Origin: Chiloscyllium plagiosum
Lineage: Eukaryota
Length of the DNA: 64,000 nt
Direction of reading: 5' to 3'
Assembly: GCF_004010195.1 (NCBI RefSeq)
Contig: NC_057753.1
Span: 15,075,345 to 15,139,344 of the forward strand
The notes beneath the pieces are model-generated. The model was not told the origin of the DNA, did no database searches, and saw only the letters and a list, made by a program, of their open reading frames with translations. Position 1 is the stretch's first letter; every line of letters begins with the position of its first letter. Below are positions 1 through 11,065 of the stretch, in pieces. The position numbers and the translations under genes are program-made.

Positions 1-169
1 ATGAATAACTGCGACGACTACATTATCACCATCATGAACAATTTCATCGAGGACTGTTCCCAATAATACTCCTTGGAAGATCCGGAAAATATACTTCCTA
101 CTCAAGGCCAGGCATGTTTCCTTCCTCAGCATCTGCCTCAGCACTGCACACTTAAATTGTCCTAACTGT

Positions 170-455
170 CCATCTTCCTCCCAACCTATCTGCTGCACCG
201 CTGGTTCTGACCTTTCCCCATCAACCCCCACCTGCTCCGAACTAATTCCTTCCCAGCTACCTTCACCCCACATCTACAACCGTACTCGTATTTATCATTT
301 ACCCCCTTTCCAACACCCTCTACATTCCTGACGAAGGGCTTATACCCGGGTATGTCTACGTTTTGGTCCTCAGATGCTGTTTGACGAGCTGTGCTTTTCC
401 AGCGCCACACTTTTGGACTCTAACACTCCAGCGTCTTCGATCCTCACTTTCTCAA
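170..455 (+). mobile_element. Penelope-like element 3' terminal fragment with decayed hammerhead core
   Basis: Pyrimidine-rich tract, then cattcctgacgaagggcttataccc...gatgctg...cttttccagcgccacac...tcctcactttctc, homologous to the arm of the elements at 30311-30519 and 41823-42040; GAAA of the core is mutated. Confidence 0.6.
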
Positions 456-659
456 TGCGGGATTCACGTCCGACGACATGAACCCTGACAGGAAAACTGA
501 AGATATGACCTCTGCAAGACGAACAAAGATGCCAGAGGTAGCACCGGACTGAGGTAGGGGCCCAGATTGTCCACATGGACACACGCCATTTGTGGCAAGA
601 CCCGTGCGACATGACAGTAGACAAAATTTGGCAGAACACAGTAGCAGACAGAAACACAT

Positions 660-1590
660 CTCACTCTGATGCGCCCAAAGTTTTTGATGCTCATTTTGAG
701 TAGAATTCCAGCCCCAAAAGCCCTGGATGCAGCTGTTCCCTCAGTGACGCTTTTAGACGTCAGACTGGCTTCCTTTGGAGTAAACCCAAGGAAAGTGACT
801 GGCCCAGACGGAGTTCCTGGCATCCTCACCTTGCTAAAATCTGAAGACCCCAACATTTTCAAGGAGAGCTGCCAATATCCTGGTACCTCAGAAAACACAT
901 GCAACGTGCCTCAGCGACTCCTGCCCGCTGGCTCGGACCTCCATAATCATGACGTATTTTGAGAGGTTGGTCAGGGCCATGTCACCTCCACTTTCCTGCC
1001 TGCCTCCATCTCCTGCAATTTGCCTGGTGGCAAAACAGGTCCACAGCAGTCGCCATTGCTGTGACCCTACATTCATCCCTGAAACCGTCTCGACATTAAA
1101 GAAACCTACATCAGGCTCCTGCTCATCGACTGCAGCTCTGCCCTTAACAATTACTTCCCAAGCAAACTCATCTCAAAACTCCGAAAAACTAGGCCACGGC
1201 TCTCAACCACCACCACCCCCACAACTCTGCACCCAGGTCTTGGCACCACCCTCTGCAACTGGATCCTTAGCTTTGTGATCCACAGACTGCAATCCATAAA
1301 CACAGGCAACAACACCTTCACCGCCTTCATCCTCAGCACCGGTGCCCCACAAGGATGCGTACTGAGCCTCCTACTCTCCGCCCTGTGCACTCACGACCGT
1401 TTGGCCAAATTTCATCTGGACAACATCGACAAGTTCACTGACGACACCACCATTAGAGGCCCAGATATCACACAACGATGAGACGGAAAGCAGGAAGGAG
1501 AGAGATGGCTTCGTGCAATGATAACAACCTGTCTCTTAACGTCAGCAAAACAAAATAACTGATCATCGACCTCAGGAAGAAAGGAGACAG
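660..1590 (+). mobile_element. Rex1/Babar-clade LINE reverse transcriptase remnant (frameshifted)
   Basis: ORF pieces VNPRKVTGPDGVPG, MTYFERLV, STGAPQGCVLS..L, KFTDDTT are typical non-LTR RT motifs of Rex-Babar type. Confidence 0.75.
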
Positions 1591-1859
1591 TCTCTGGTGA
1601 AATTAAATGTCGTCGACGTTTTTGAGGAGAAACCTGTTTTTCACAGGTGGGAGTCATTTAAAGGTCAATTGATCAGAATTTGGGATCAACATTGAAACAT
1701 GGTGTTGTACATCACGGGAACAGGCTCTTTGATCTACTCCCAAACTCAACGAGCCCCACATGTCTGCATTGGAGCCTATCCCTCTGAACCGGTCCTACTC
1801 ATATAACTATCCAAATGTATTTTCAATTTTGTAACAGTACCTGCATCGACATATTCCTG

Positions 1860-3260
1860 TGAGGCTGACAGTTCAGGATGGCAAGATTTACAAATTGCAA
1901 ATGACAAGCGATATCGAAAGTTTAGTCAGAACTAGAAAAGGAAACACGTGTTTAGATAACTGAAATTGAACAAGACCCCTGAGGGGTCGAAAGGAAGCAA
2001 TAAACATATTAACAGGTGAATCAGGATGGCTGAAAGAGACCATAAATGTTCTTGGCAGGTCGCAGTAAGTCAACTTATTGTTGCATTAAGAACAAGAATG
2101 AGATGTGAACAGACTCAAGGAGAAAGGAGGGAATTTATGACGAGAGCAAGAGGAAGGGAGTCAGGTCCTTATTGGATATTTCGCATCAGTATTCACAAAG
2201 GAGAACAAGATGGATGATGGTAATTTTAGGGAGGAGCGTGTTGTTATTCTGGGCCATGCCAATGTTAGGAGGGAGGAGTTTTCAGGTGTGTTGAAAAATA
2301 TTTGTTTCGAGGATATTGAAGGAGTTGGTGGCTGGGGTAATTTCTAAGGCTTTGTCAGAGGTCCTTTTATTTCTTTCGTCACGGTGAGGACACATGGCAC
2401 TGGAGAATAGCCAATATGTTATATTTTGTTAAAAAGAACAACCGTGTCAATTCAGGGAATTACATGTAGCTGCGTCTTTCATTCGTGGTAGGTAACTGCT
2501 TTTAGAAGATTTTTACGGATAGGATTTACTGGGAAAGAAAATGCATATTAGTGATAGTAGCCATGGGTTGATTTGGGGATGTCGTGACTCACAAACTTGA
2601 TTTAGTTTTTCGGGGAAGTGATGAGGATGTTTGAGGAGGGTAGTGAGTAGATATTGTTGCCTACAAAGACTTTACTAAAGCAACGAATAAGCTCAGTATG
2701 CATTGTTGATAAAACCACATGGGATCCATGGTTGTGAGTTTGTAAGATAAATCGAAAATTAACTTGGCTAGAGGAGAAAGAGTTAAACTTTTGAGCTGTT
2801 TTTCTGACTGGAGCTTTATGACAAATCGTTTTCCACAAAGATCATTGTTGTCAACCTTATTGTTAGTAAAATTTATTTAAGTGATCTGATTAGTACGTTT
2901 TCAGAAAACACGAAAATCGTGGGTAGTGAGTAAGTGCGACAAAGGATACAGCAAGATATTGAGCAATTGGAAAGTTGGGCAGAGAAATAGTAGATAGAGT
3001 TTGATCCAAATAACTCTGAGATGATTCAATTTGGATGTCAAACCTGAGAGGAAACTGCTTCGTTAAAGGTCATGGATTACTATAAATTACTTGAAAATGT
3101 TCCCGACGGTAGATTCGTCCAGAAAACGAAGTACTATGGAATCCATTGTGGTATGGAACATTTGGTGCAAAATTGAATTGAACTTTGAGGATAGAGGAAT
3201 GCTGTACAACCATGTTTATGTTTTCCTGTCTGCAGGTCAGTGAAAGTTGTGTTCCACAAA
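1860..3260 (+). mobile_element. Highly decayed CR1-clade LINE ORF2 fragments
   Basis: Nucleotide similarity to the CR1 at 11.3-13.9 kb (tggagaatagccaat, tttttcggggaagtgatgagg, ttttcagaaaacacgaaaat, tgggcagagaaatagtagatagag). Confidence 0.65.
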
Positions 3261-3294
3261 GATCTGTGCAAATACTTCTGGTATTTGTTTTATG

Positions 3295-3358
<64 letters not shown>
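3295..3358. repeat. (TCTA)n microsatellite
   Basis: About 16 tandem tcta units read directly. Confidence 0.97.
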
Positions 3359-3430
3359 AGCATCTGCAGTCCTCACTTTTGCCTAGCTATTTAGCTACCG
3401 AGCAGTCTGATCAGTCTGTCTTTCCTTTAG

Positions 3431-3541
3431 CCAACCTTAACACAAGGGGAAGAGGCTCAATTGTTGATTTTTACCAAGGAAGTTATGAAGAAATTGAGAA
3501 TATTCCACTTAACAAGAAGACAGATCAGAAACATGGACGAG
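3431..3541 (+). pseudogene. Upstream SRCR-receptor paralogue, cytoplasmic exon 1 (ANLNTRGRGSIVDFYQGSYEEIENIPLNKKTDQKHGR)
   Basis: Acceptor tttcctttag at 3430; homologous to exon 49967-50074; donor is GC (g|gcatgt) at the homologous position. Confidence 0.8.
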
Positions 3542-5014
3542 GCATGTATTTCCGAATTCGTAGTGATTTGTTACTGGATAAGTATGGCTTTCCTTCAATT
3601 TCAATGAACTGGCTTAATGTGATTCCTTGTCAAATCAGTGTGCTCGTGTGAAGGAAGCTGGCAGTGAACGAATCTCAGTTTGTGTTTAGTAAGAGGAAGA
3701 GTTGCATTTAATAATTCCCTCTGCCCTTCATTCCTGAAAGATTATTTCTGGCATTTGTTTGGAAACACTAAAAATATCAATATGGTTTCACTCCGATTCC
3801 TTCAGATATCCAAACAATAAATCCATTCGCTATTTGACTCTACAATAATATAGTCTTTGTCATGACTTTGTCATGGAAGAGAAATAGAAGAATTAATTTG
3901 CAGGCAAATATGAACAATCACAAAGGTGTAAACAGTGCAGACAGAAGAGCTATTGTCCAGCATGGCTACAATGGTTCTAATACCTGTTCATAAGAATAAT
4001 AAGGGATGTTTGGCTTCTATAATGACGCTTGGGTGATAGTTTTGATATAGCAGAGACATGGATATGTATCTAAAATAATGATCCCTGTCAACCAAGAGTG
4101 CAAGAATACCAAAGAGCAATTGCCTACTGAGCATGGTAATGGGGAACAAAAGAAATCAGAATTAAGGTAATGACAGGAGGTGTGGATCTGACAATTCATA
4201 GCAATAAAACTGGGAACGAACATCACAAACTCACAATGGAAATAATTGACTGATTTTTCGCACTGGAAATAAAATGAAGTCATTTTCAAAGAATGTCACA
4301 TAACAATGATCAGAAGCGTGTAAATGACTTTTAATAAACTCACGAAATGTGTTTTTTCATAGGACTAATGAAATCAGACACAGGGAAGGAAGTTACTGGG
4401 GAAACTGAACGCATTTAAATTTCTTCATCATGTACTCTCAACTACTGATAGAGACTACGAATTCAAACATTAAATGTATTGCATGTGCAAGTGTATGTTC
4501 GATGTGAGAGCAAAAGGTTGCTCCCATCTTTCATCGAAGTGATTTGGCATTTCATTTTCCCTTGAACCAACACAATTTGTGTATTGAATAATTTCCCATA
4601 AGAGGTTCCATTGACAATGTTCTAGTTATTGCCAAAGTTGAGATGAAAAAATAATAGTTTGCATTTTCAAACTCGAATTAAGAACAAAAAAATTAAACCA
4701 TATTCCATAAATCGACGAGTTAGGGGATCAGAATCTGTTCACTTGGATCATCGACTCTGCTCTGCGATTCGTTCATGACTGATTTTTAATGCACTTTCTC
4801 CTGCCTTTTTCCTTTAAGTTCTTTTCCCCTTGCCAATTAAGAACCTCGCTCATTCTACCATGAAGACATCTTGATCTCCATAGCTTTCTGTTTCAATGGG
4901 TTGCACAGATTCATCATACTCTGGCTGAAGAAATTTCGCCTCAAGATAACTCCAAAGGATTATGGCTTCACTAGAAGATTTAACTTGACATTAACTCTGC
5001 ATGTTTGATTTCAG

Positions 5015-5128
5015 AAATTGCTGCTTCCATTGACTCACTCAATCACTTCGAATACTACACCAGCTACAACTTGAGTGGCAATAATCGGGTGTCATAAAAT
5101 TCTGACCTGACCTCCAACAGTAACTAGG
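5015..5128 (+). pseudogene. Upstream paralogue, cytoplasmic exon 2 (EIAASIDSLNHFEYYTSYNLSGNNRVS*NSDLTSNSN*)
   Basis: ttcag acceptor and gtgag donor, 114 nt, phase 1-1; homologous to 51834-51947; in-frame TAA 5095-5097 and TAG 5125-5127. Confidence 0.78.
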
Positions 5129-6395
5129 GTGAGAATGTGTTCACTTTCTGTCAATTCAATTATGTATTTCACTCTCTCTTCCTTCCAAACTTGAAGATGT
5201 TGACGCTCACAAGACTGAGAACGACACTAAAAGCACTGGCTGCTTCATGAGCATTGACAGTTGAAAAGGAAATTTGTTGGTTTCATATCACAGAGACATA
5301 ATTCATCGAGTCTGTACCTGTCTAAAACAAAGACCTAACTATTCTAATCCAATTTGAAATCACTTGACCCGTAGTCTTGTGTGGCTTGACATCACACTAT
5401 CGGGATGCGTGCATCAATAGGAAGGGATTGGAAGGTTATGGGTCAAATGCTGGCAAATGGGATGAGATCACTTAAGGATATCTCTTCAACACGGACACGT
5501 TGGACCGAAGGGCCTATTTATATTCTATTTAATTCGATAATTTGATGTAAAAGTAATACTTCTTTAGAGCTATGAGAGTTTGAGCCTCTGCCATCCTTTA
5601 AGGCAGTTAGTTCCAGATTCCCACCAACCTCTGGCTTAAACAATCGTCTTCATCTATGCTTTACTTCTCCACCCCTTTCTTTATCCAATTTTCCTTTAAA
5701 TCTATAACCCTTAATATTTGATTTCTCCACCAAAGTGTCTTGCTATCCCACCTATGTCTGTCGCAATTCATAATTTAATTGTGGTCTTCTGGATTTATGG
5801 TCTTAATACATTTCAATCATGCCCAACCGTCAAAGAATTCAGCGCCAACGAAGAAAGAATAACATAGAAACATTCAATGAAATCATTCCCGACTGAAGTC
5901 TGACATAAGATCATAGACCTGCTTTTTAACAACATTGCTTAATATTTTTGCTTAACAAAACAATAATCTAGCTGAGATGTAAAATTAAGATTTCCTCAGA
6001 CTATCTGCCTTTTGTGGAATATAATTCCAAAAGTGTTTCGGATTTTGTTGTTATTAACATCTCTCCTGAATGGTCTGGAAACAATTCTCAGTAGTTGCTA
6101 CTAGGTCGAGTTTTCTCCAACCAGTTGAAGTTGTTTTACTTTAGCTACCCGGTATTATCCTTACAATGTCTGGAAGAAATCGATCAGATCACTCTTAATC
6201 TTCTAATTTCTGTAGAAGGTATCCCTAATTTGCATAACCTCTTCTCATGCCATATCGTTTAAATTGCATTGAACCACTTAACTCTTCTAATCCTACTTCC
6301 CAGCTCTAATCTTATCTGCCAGCACGAATCTCATTTTCCAGCTACTGGTGCTGTGTGTTACAATTTGTTTCAGTGTTAACCACTTTTCTTCTAAG

Positions 6396-6529
6396 GTCCA
6401 ATTCATGAAGATGATGATGATGATGTTGAGACTGAAGATGCTGAATCTCAGGATGAACAACTGCAATTGACAGTGATCCTGATGACTTCGTCACACTGAC
6501 AAATTCGGGAAGAATTCTTTGTTCACTTG
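6396..6529 (+). pseudogene. Upstream paralogue, acidic cytoplasmic exon 3 (GPIHEDDDDDVETEDAESQDEQLQ.., frameshifted)
   Basis: ctaag acceptor; homologous to 53030-53152; 1-nt deletion (caattgacagt vs caattggacagc); GC donor g|gcgagt vs g|gtgagt. Confidence 0.72.
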
Positions 6530-8339
6530 GCGAGTTGACTGACAGATACGCACATGTTAACCAGCTCTCTATGCATTCCCACTGCCTTAATTCTTTTCCA
6601 TTCTGTGACCAATATTGTACGCATTTAAATTCGAAGGTCAACATTCAAAGCTATCAGAGCCTTATTTCCACAAACCGTCACTGAGAAGGGGGTGCCCTCC
6701 TGGAGGTTTATCTTAATTTCATTATCATGAAGTATTACTTTAGAAACAAAAGAGTAATTCGATGATATTGACCATAAACTACGTTTTGTCAGCTCTTTGA
6801 ATAATCGAACTTCACGCAATGGTGCAAATACAAACCAACATGACTACTGTTTCAATGGATCATCATCTGGGTCGATGGAAAATATAGACAGATGGTTTTT
6901 AAGTCTCGCCGTTTTAAATGTTTTAGTTTTTGGTGCTCACAGGGAAGACAGAGCCTCAGAACGTTTATATGTGCAGTCCAAACAGTGGTCGGTTGGATGT
7001 GGTTGTTCTGGTGAACTGCATTCATATCAAGTCCCGAGTGCGGAATTAGCCTCACTAACTTGAATATAATAAATGTCAGTGACTCATGGATGCCCTTCTC
7101 ACGAAAACCAAGATTATCTGCTCAACTGGTTAGTCAGATAAATAGTTCCAATCAGTCATTGGAAGAAACTTACTCCAAAGTTCCTCGTTTCTCCAGTGAT
7201 CAACGTGCATCATTTTACCATTTACTCCGAAACCCAACTGAGTCATTTCTCTGTGTTAGTTAATTACTCATTGTGAAATCTTTCATCCAATAAGTGACAT
7301 TCAACACACGGCCCACCAAGTTAATGCATCTCCTCAGAAGAAGCGTCACCGGTCCAGTATCATTAATTCAGAAGACTGTCCACAAAACCGTCACACCTGC
7401 TCAGTGCTTCTGGCAATTTCTGGTTTTGTTTCTGTTTTCCAGCATTCGTGTTCCACTTGTTTTTATTTTTTGCACCTCCTGTGACTTTTTTCTGTCTTCA
7501 ACATCAACACACATAAGCTCACCAGTACAACCCCAGCAAAATATGAGATGTAAAAGGATATTGCAATCCCTCCCGTATCAATTACAAACGTTGCAGCATT
7601 TCGACATCACCTATCAAGATCACAAACATTTCACTGTACACAGGCACATTCGATAACAATAAATCAAAACTAATGAAATAAAAAATCCAGTTGACTTCGA
7701 AAAAAATTAATAACCGTTGTTCATCGTCATTGTAATAAATGTTATGATAATACCAAGACGAGTTGCGGGTGTATGGGAAGGCAAAGTTAAAATTGTGAAA
7801 ACCAGGAATTCAGAGGGGAATTGAAGAAAATAAACATTCTTAAGAGTTTGCTGCGTGTCTCCAATGCGCTGGAATCGATTTCGAAAAGTAGCAGAGGAGT
7901 AGGCAGCGCGGGATCCCTCGGCTGATGTTTATTCTGCAACTAAAAACCTCAATAAACATATTGCTCAGAAATATTGACCTTCTGATTTGTGGAGTTTACT
8001 GCTTTCATTATGGCTGCGCCTCATCCTCAATTACAGCAGAGAGGATATTTCTAAAAGTACAACATTGGTACTGCACGGTTTTGCACGTTGGATGGTCTTT
8101 TTTTGTTTGTTTGTTTCTTTCGCAATGGGAAAAATATCCCATAATTTCTGTGACACGATAATATGCACTTTATCTTATTAATCAGAAAATTTCCATCACA
8201 AGCATCTTTCATTTAACTGATAAACAATCGGAGGGTAGTTGAGGTGGGTAAACTTAGGACTTATAAAACATTCTTGTATGAATTATCAACTGTCATAACA
8301 TTCAAAGCTAAGTGGAGGACCGTGAGACTTTTGGAGGTT

Positions 8340-8383
8340 TTAGATTACTTACAGTGTGGAAACAGGCCCTTCGGTCCAACAAG
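8340..8383 (-). mobile_element. HE1-like SINE 3' tail only
   Basis: ttagattacttacagtgtggaaacaggcccttcgg matches the reverse complement of the tail of the SINE at 46328-46640. Confidence 0.75.
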
Positions 8384-8622
8384 TGCTCAGTGCTTCTGGC
8401 AATTTCTGGTTTTGTTTCAGGGAAGTAATTTGAGGAATTCTATATGCAGTTGCTTTACTGGTTCATGCCCAGTTGGAAAGGATTTAAAACTTTTCCAGTC
8501 ATTTAGTTATCCTAGATGCTTTATCTGTTCATCGAATGAAAATGTTCCCACCAACGCCATACCCTCGATGAACTGGGGTTCTTTCTGTAAGTGGTGATAT
8601 AAAATAGAATTTGGAGTTCATC

Positions 8623-8628
8623 AATAAA
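8623..8628 (+). terminator. Candidate polyadenylation signal of the upstream paralogue
   Basis: AATAAA at the homologous position of three related 3' segments (also 56730 and 60544), with TG-rich sequence downstream. Confidence 0.5.
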
Positions 8629-10320
8629 ACCGTGATAATTCCATGACTGTGTTGGCATTTTGTTTCCCTCTGTTGACGTCAGTGTATTAGTTGGATTTAG
8701 TCATATTCATTCAATCCAAGATCCATCACAATGCTGTTAATTTAAACTTTACAATCCACTGGGGATTTACCCAGTCTGACAAGTGACAGGGAAATGAGAG
8801 GGCGTGTGAGAAAACACACAGGTCCACCTGGGTTTGGGGGGATAGAGTGACACAAGGATCATATGTTACCACCTTCGTCATTCTCGCTGGAGCCAGGCTC
8901 AAGAGCTTTCGTCACAAAGCGGCTTATTCCATGACATTTACATTCTCCTGGATTGGTGGAGGAGCAAGGGGAGGAAGGAGTAATAGCCACAGGCTGTGGA
9001 CCACTGTGGTGTCAATGATTTCATTTGGAAGGGCGATGTCGCCCTCAAGTCAGAATTTCAGAATCTCTGTTCGAAAGTGAGCTGGCATGGACTCAAACGT
9101 ATCCCCTCCCTATCAAGGTCGAATGGCCTCATATTGTTTTTTTTTTCAAGCAACCCCGACCCGTTGATTCCCTAGGACATGAAATCTCTTCATATCTATC
9201 ATTGACATGGTGTTTAATTGTGGTGGGTCATTGTGCTGGCACGTGCTTTTTAAATTCTAAATTCTAAATATTAAACATCATATAATACCAAGCTCGGTAT
9301 AAGTAGGATGGGTAATTCGTTCCTTCGAGTGTGCGCCGTCATTTGATTGATCAATCCCTCTGGAAGCCTGGGTGATCAATATGAGGGCATGAGCTACCCT
9401 CTGGAGTTATGGGTGATCGATATGCTGGGGCTTCATCCATCTCATGGAGGAATGGATGCTCGATATAGGGGATTAAGCCACTCAACCTGGAGGACTGAGT
9501 GATCAAGTTGATGGCGGATAGATCCATCCTAATGGAGGACTGGCTTTTCCATTTGATGGTGAATGCATCCATCCTCCTGGTGGACTGGGTGGTCGATTTG
9601 TTCAGTGATTGAGGTGTACCGCTGGAGGTCCAGGAAGCAGATGCAGGGAACAGCAGAAGCCATGTGTTGCCAACAATGTGCCCAGGATTGTTCATATGGA
9701 AACGCTGTTGTCCATGTGTTGTTTTCATTCATTTAATCTCTCACTATCTCGAATCTTTACCTTTGCTTTTTCACCACTGGCAATCATAATCTTAAATGGT
9801 AAAGACAAAGTTGAAGATATGAAACTGAATAAATAAACAGGGAACAACAGAGCCACAGACTTTTGCCGGATAATGGAAGAAGCTGTTTACAGGATTCCCG
9901 GCATCATCTCAGTAAAACAAGCAGAGCATAACTTCCTTACTTTTGCTGCCCCATAATATGAAGCACAGAATGATATATGAAGCACCGGAACACTGAGAGA
10001 GCTGGACGTGGCCTTTGTGGCTAAAGGGATCGAGGACTATGGAGAGAAAGTGAGAATGGGATACTGAAATTGCATGATCATATTGAATGATAATGCAGGC
10101 TGGAAAGGCCAAATAGCCTACTGTTGCATGCATTTTCTATGCTTTTATGTTTATATGTTTAATTCAAATACAATAGACTTAAGGGAGATAACAGCTTTGC
10201 GTTTTGTGATAAAGAGAAAAATGCGCCCCCGTTGTCCTTGACCGTAGAGAGGATTGGCTTTCTTTGATGAAGGAAACAACTGTGCAAGCTTTGATGTTCT
10301 CTCGAATGAAACCCAGAGTG

Positions 10321-10354
10321 TGCAATAGCATGTGCAGGCCAGCAGAGGGTGGCA
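10321..10354 (+). promoter_or_regulatory. Candidate CTCF site (core plus upstream motif)
   Basis: tgcaatagc-atgtgc-aggccagcagagggtggca resembles TGCAGTnCC-N5/6-GGCCASYAGRKGGC. Confidence 0.4.
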
Positions 10355-10489
10355 TTATATTGCTTTATACACAAGACGGACCGAAAAAGAAAGAGAGAGA
10401 GAGAGAGATGCTGAGCCTTTGACTCATCTTGCTTTAATCCTTCTAACTGCCATCTAGGACAAAGTGCGCCCCATTCTCGCCACAGCCGG

Positions 10490-10740
10490 TCACACGGACA
10501 CATCGCAAAGACAGAAACGCACAAATATAGGTACGCACAGGTGCACACATGCACACACATACACATGCACACAAACACGCAAACTCACATAGCCAGACAC
10601 ATGCAGAAAGGCACAGCAACAAGCATACATTTTCACACACTCGTACATGGATACAGACATACAGATACTCACAGACACATGAAAACAGAGATTTCTCTCT
10701 CTTACACACACACACATACACGCATGTGTATATTGTCAGC
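10490..10740. repeat. Degenerate CA-rich simple repeat
   Basis: Runs of cacacat/acacacg. Confidence 0.85.
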
Positions 10741-10864
10741 AAAAACATTCATTCATTGAATAGACTCATGCTCGTTTCTACAGTCAATCATGTTCATTTG
10801 CACAATGGATCTGTGTGAACACTTAAAGTCCAATAAGAAATAAAAACACATTGAGTGTACAATT

Positions 10865-11065
10865 ATCCGTGTTTGAGAATGTGAGTGTATGTCAGTGAGA
10901 AAATAAATGAGATTGCACGTGTAATTTTCTGTGAACATGTGGATATATTAGTGAGTGCGTGTGAGTAAGAGTGTGAGGACAATCGGGTAATGACTGTGTC
11001 AATCAGTGAATGTGTGTGCATAATTATCCATGTTTCGTTGAGTGCCAGTGAGTGTAGTTGTGTGC
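10865..11065. repeat. Degenerate TG/GTGA-rich simple repeat that resumes at 13890-14050 after the CR1
   Basis: gtgagtgt repeats on both sides of the CR1 insertion. Confidence 0.75.

Noticed and set aside
3185..3430. YLSI repeat ORF suggesting multiple tyrosine motifs
   Set aside because: Translation of the (TCTA)n microsatellite in an intron
8830..9740. GC-richer segment with several short ORFs
   Set aside because: No recognisable protein motif; probably an old unclassified repeat
10159..10818. Cys/Val- and His/Thr-rich ORFs
   Set aside because: Translations of CA/TG simple repeats
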